Part shown: piece after piece, positions 58,401-58,570 of the stretch | How the letters are laid out: each line of letters starts with the position of its first letter | How positions within the stretch are numbered: position 1 is the stretch's first letter | Source: a virus | Taxonomy: Duplodnaviria > Caudoviricetes | Length of the DNA: 58,570 nucleotides | Direction: 5' to 3' (one strand) | Virus record (IMG/VR): IMGVR_UViG_3300021139_000016 | Coordinates: 1-58,570 of that record | The notes under the pieces: model-generated | The model's database searches: none | The model's input: only the letters and a program-made list of their open reading frames with translations | Told to the model about the DNA's origin: nothing | Position numbers and translations under genes: made by a program

Positions 58401-58569
58401 CAGACCCAGCAAATGTTGGAGTTACTAAAGTTGAAGTAACATTTATGTTAGTTACTACACGATTTCCGTTGTCAAATGTATTGCCTAAGTTAGCATTACC
58501 TGCTACGTTCAATGCACCTTGTATGCCAACACCGCCAGCGACAGTTAATGCGCCAGAGAGTGAGCTTGT
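46411..58569 (-). CDS. Giant repeat fibre/adhesin (>4050 aa, 5' end outside the window)
   Basis: Frame stays open to the window edge; dozens of STTTGALxVxGGxG repeats; embedded beta-helix, LamG, beta-roll and carbohydrate-binding-like domains; C-terminal KSFLIDHP...LEGPE...LPDYW domain. Confidence 0.9.
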   Translation of the reverse strand, partial: TSSLSGALTVAGGVGIQGALNVAGNANLGNTFDNGNRVVTNINVTSTLVTPTFAGSGIAVQSTVVTGSFVTVNLTNTGIIGLLGSPGIGITATTASNGMQVGVATVTNLGVLTVSTTGDLGVSWNGTKYYTGDVILSNLSTLQTVTDRGNTTTNTVYINNTSTQMIVSGTNVSIIPGNGPYALNVAGGITATTLYIAQAGYINNAQIVTSATINAFSGGTINNSLYIASTATSTSSNSGALRVAGGVGFSSNLNVGGPVTLFNTGTSLNSYGNAYFSSTIYVNTVSALVNNLYLTTGTGTGTVWANGVDLLNHANNVRYVSATSGNDSNDGLRPISPFATVAKALSVATTGTTIYLAQGIYTETWPLTVPAGVIIQGGGLRSTVIQPTTATNTLNGFLLNGETLITDLTLANYYQPGYGIAFASGAKITSKSPYVERVSFITKGTVQTATDPFGYASANAGSGVYLDAGVLAAGSLEPAMLFNEVTFVTPNATGIYMTNGVRAELLNGFVYFANTAINAQAGATGLSGSGQTRIKLSGASGAFASGDVLNYKDPAGNTLAQGTITTASNGYVYMTGPVWGFATVNDRTPKTVTPIATAKQSTTQKKFGTSAAYFDGTSGYLQVLSDVDYQFGVGSFTFESWIWLNGNGVTNTIFNKGSSSGSQVMLQVNSTGHLSGYWGIANAVGTTSLSTGTWYHVAMTRDASLNRVAVFVNGTIDGYALGAVANVNSTDPLNIGADATGINWFNGYMDDLRISNVDRYVSSYTVPSAAQTSDVATVLMLHFDSGNNSTSFIDDGTATQNVFSTGTSPQTATRITLADYHQFGAELRCIGSAAVYGNKGVVANGTGTDLKLIAFNMAFIGAGGDITNDSTLVVQTNEVTQTNGGIVYYQTVDQGGNFRVGNSFLVNEQTGAVSFGSANVNLSSINELIITDGTNNAVILPTSVAVGDLALSGGTIASLTGNITISPDSGSSTIINSNAQVNGSLSITGSFAVPSTQASTSTATGAFTVAGGAGIAGAVYAGNTVTSYSSAISTSSILNNAFVAPNGGIGAQTLYLTNSGWIGGYQIVTTASIGASLGGIVPNPIHITALAQSTSTTTGALIVDGGVGVGGNLTVGGNLNLLGGGSVLTNVTATTDAYIGASVTKSGTTATINIVNLGVQRLTAGSDISLTGNTGSITVSDISTLDTVLSRGSSTSQAITMTDVAYNTGTIAGNALMVSGGIGAAHLYLSTDGWINGAQIVTSSTIGSFVGGSAVTSPLQITSTATYALQVGGGALIGGNMLIQGSLNVAGTVTSINSTSVDIGNKIIFLSTQTGNALQSAGSGIVVGKDDGIENDRWASLLFDGGSAAAGNWISKGGLNPFTDSTYGIGSVALQWNSAYIKTVNASSVLTTSSAYSTSTISGNALQVTGGIGAAHLYLTTDGWINGYPIVTSGNISTYAGTYDGLTPIHNPLQVVNTSSSTSVTTGALQVSGGAGILLDLWVGGSGHFGKNLYVTNTATIQSTTLATSPTTGALQVSGGVGVLGNLWVNSTINVNDSIAVTNTATVGGNLNLTSGVINLNNTVTNYVNVANTLSISTTAGAININPFTQLNVNGPAVINGAATFNNAQTTFNNGLVSYGPFVVYSPSAQFNSSVAITSTTNATSTTTGALTVAGGASVQQDLWVGGNIYGANNGYLNGALIVTTATLNQYSGGSIGNTLNLSNTTDSISTATGALTVAGGVGIGKSVFIGGALHVGGDLFVDGINTIVNSTSIQTGDKLIYLSTGSSNALSASGSGLVVGHTGSVFSSLTFDGVGSWQSSAGINPSQVGIGLGTFTSAWSYGYFNTIKIVGNTSATSTLTGSLQITGGIAASANAYLGSPLSSTLTNLSNSLYTVGGAYIGGQLNINGPDAWLAGSPILTANNGYVTTFTNTTDATSTQSAAVTVAGGLGVGSTLIVGGQQYITSLLESTVTNTQNALVVSGGIYSDMLMVNQIATVNGGVVITTATIGNFSFNGGTISKPIIINSATQATSTITGAFQVTNGGAGIGGNVWIGGALNVTANSSTFKTITAGTATITTGTVSSAIFNTSTQAGNALQVVGGVYAGYLNIKNQAWIAGSPVITAANINSFSGGTINNPLVINYATQATSTTTGALQVLNGGIGAGGNIWSGGYFAFVDPFSASYDGYFGINSTLNAINIGSNNTNLPFAIVQNKNEIARYTVYNAVGGAQGAVFGVGNTNPQYGIHLNASSAGTWNWIQTANTMTNLMSLNNTLENALGIGSSDISKLAFAAFNPNGDGTTFEHWIASGTQSAGSPSALVFAGGAWDNNTNANTTVEWARFTSAGNFAAKGQIITTAAGASTSTIGTNALQVSGGGWFGSLNVTGAAWVGNSKVITAANIGSYSFNGGTITAPLYVNTTTQAVNNSSGAIRTAGGISAVGNIYAGANFYGNLVATNITATNINVPGSPLTIGGTLTLSTGTDQTGAGTGALQVTGGAAITQSLYVGSSLLSTSTIAGNAIQVPNGGIGAVNLYLSGNGYIGNAQIVTSANINSFSGGTINNALTINNPTQSVSTTTGAIVITNGGLGMGGNLWVGGNANVLGSMYLTGDLYVDGTQTYVNSTNIQTGDKVLYLSTNSTNPALAINSGIAVGNTLSPYATLLFDGISSWVSNVGINPSTAGGMYLGSATLPWNTLFSVTGRISGTVDSNTTQSGSLQVIGGVGIGKSLTVGNTATVQSTLYNLTSATGNAIYTPGGIGAKYLTIDTNAYVNGSAVITVANIGGYAYNGGYVNNAIVVNTTTNATAALNTGSIVTYGGLAVTKDTYHGGTINVASTLSNTGTIAGNAVTVTGGIGANTLYIATAGFIGTSPIITAANINSFSGGTINAALTINNGTQAVSTTTGALIVQNGGVGIGGNLYTGGYAAIGQVYNSAGTLGNTASGSLQVFGGAGINGNLTVASQGYFGGNVGINTTLPGQALEVNGNVVVGNYANSRVQITNGGGSQAIYEVASTEAYNRWQIGRDLLGIGTAGIAFMNSNQAFASGGASIGAVSGLNGALGFYTTNGTSMTLRGIIDSGAAGGNLGVGATSNLQGKLHISGAASAGYGIYATGAQSHQLRSNSAGSYIDLEVTRTTTGAQADWRIGIAGAPSNFIATAAQGDAVMSYSSNLIFANQSNYEMARFGNGAFTIATATVSISTQSGSIVTYGGVGIGGDLYVGSTAHITGTTYISSNIASTSTIAGNALQVTGGIGAQSIYLTNNSWINGYQIVTTQNIGSFSGAFNGGTVTGQIFIQNNTDSGSTSSGALYTTGGVGISRQLYVGGITTLANSVNITGVTTHINATQATSTQTGAVIITNGGLGLGGNVWTGGNLNFGTNVGKVRWQTIQLAVNDDGGAGQGSIFLNGGNAGYPATTSSAQSVIIGAYAGITVSGAQNTVVGNSAGYSLTNGTANTIFGQSAGYYIAAGTNNVLIGYQAGYGNSTTLSNNIAIGYQALQQAIGTQNVMLGYQAGNAITSGAYNVIIGGNTGATIATSSNNVLISDGQGNLKVSFNAAGTMTMPGVTNITNITSATSTTTGALTVAGGVGIGGSLYVQGNIYVNGSAVSTGGGGGGGGSSTSTPYINVYTATVSVSTLTGGLTTVGGAGIGKDLFVGGPVVIGNSSVFINSGANLITQNNAIHGGATIANGIYSQGGNILVYSSDYSQSNWVKLNSTFQAGSTYSPDGTLNATKLIESTTGGNHYFQQTISQTGPVTVSVFLQAADRTYGAINVTVAGQAHSAWYNLSTGVVASTAAGLYPVTGRIELVPYVGTGNWYRCSLTVNAPGTATATTFGIYTAIGAGTVINDSLTSYTGNGFGIYIYGAQAEPGYIAGYYTPTSGSALPSTSNNIYTGGSLFVATTATVAGSTVTTFANLMTQFGGTTNNSLTIASGVNSTSTTTGALVITNGGIGVGGNVYIGGTLYATAKSFLIDHPTKPGQKLQYGSLEGPENGVYVRGRCDTGVIELPDYWTALVDESSITVDITPIGSHQKLYVDRIENNKVYIGNENIMNKKINCFYTVWAERKDVGKLDVEGDL

Positions 58570-58570
58570 G

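Noticed and set aside
1-58570. Stop-codon reassignment as in some large phages
   Set aside because: Core genes are full length in the standard code, and TAG, TGA and TAA all end genes at sensible positions

Overview
A 58.6-kb segment of a large lytic myophage with a T4-like gene set (jumbo-phage-style organisation, standard genetic code). From left to right: (1) 1-2.4 kb of small accessory and membrane ORFs around a ~460-bp structured intergenic region that hides a 22-aa micro-ORF; (2) a GT9-like glycosyltransferase, a possible hot-dog-fold protein, a fibre, a monothiol glutaredoxin-like protein, a nucleotidyltransferase and an AlgH/YqgE homologue; (3) a minus-strand replication/recombination block (gp41 helicase, gp61 primase, a 188-aa mini-DnaE, a gp62-like protein, UvsW, UvsY, UvsX, gp32); (4) an FkbM methyltransferase and 2OG-Fe(II) oxygenase divergent pair; (5) morphogenesis genes (terminase subunits, gp4, tube, 1122-aa sheath, dNMP kinase, gp13/14/15, Nudix); (6) a fibre cluster with a >4050-aa repeat fibre running off the window, whose distal four-gene module ends in a U32-family Fe-S protein fused to a SAM methyltransferase. 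Best leads: the U32-methyltransferase module, the mini-DnaE, widespread TAAATA-N5-7-ATG (apparently leaderless) late starts, and the micro-ORF/palindrome region. All assignments come from motif recognition by eye; no searches were run.
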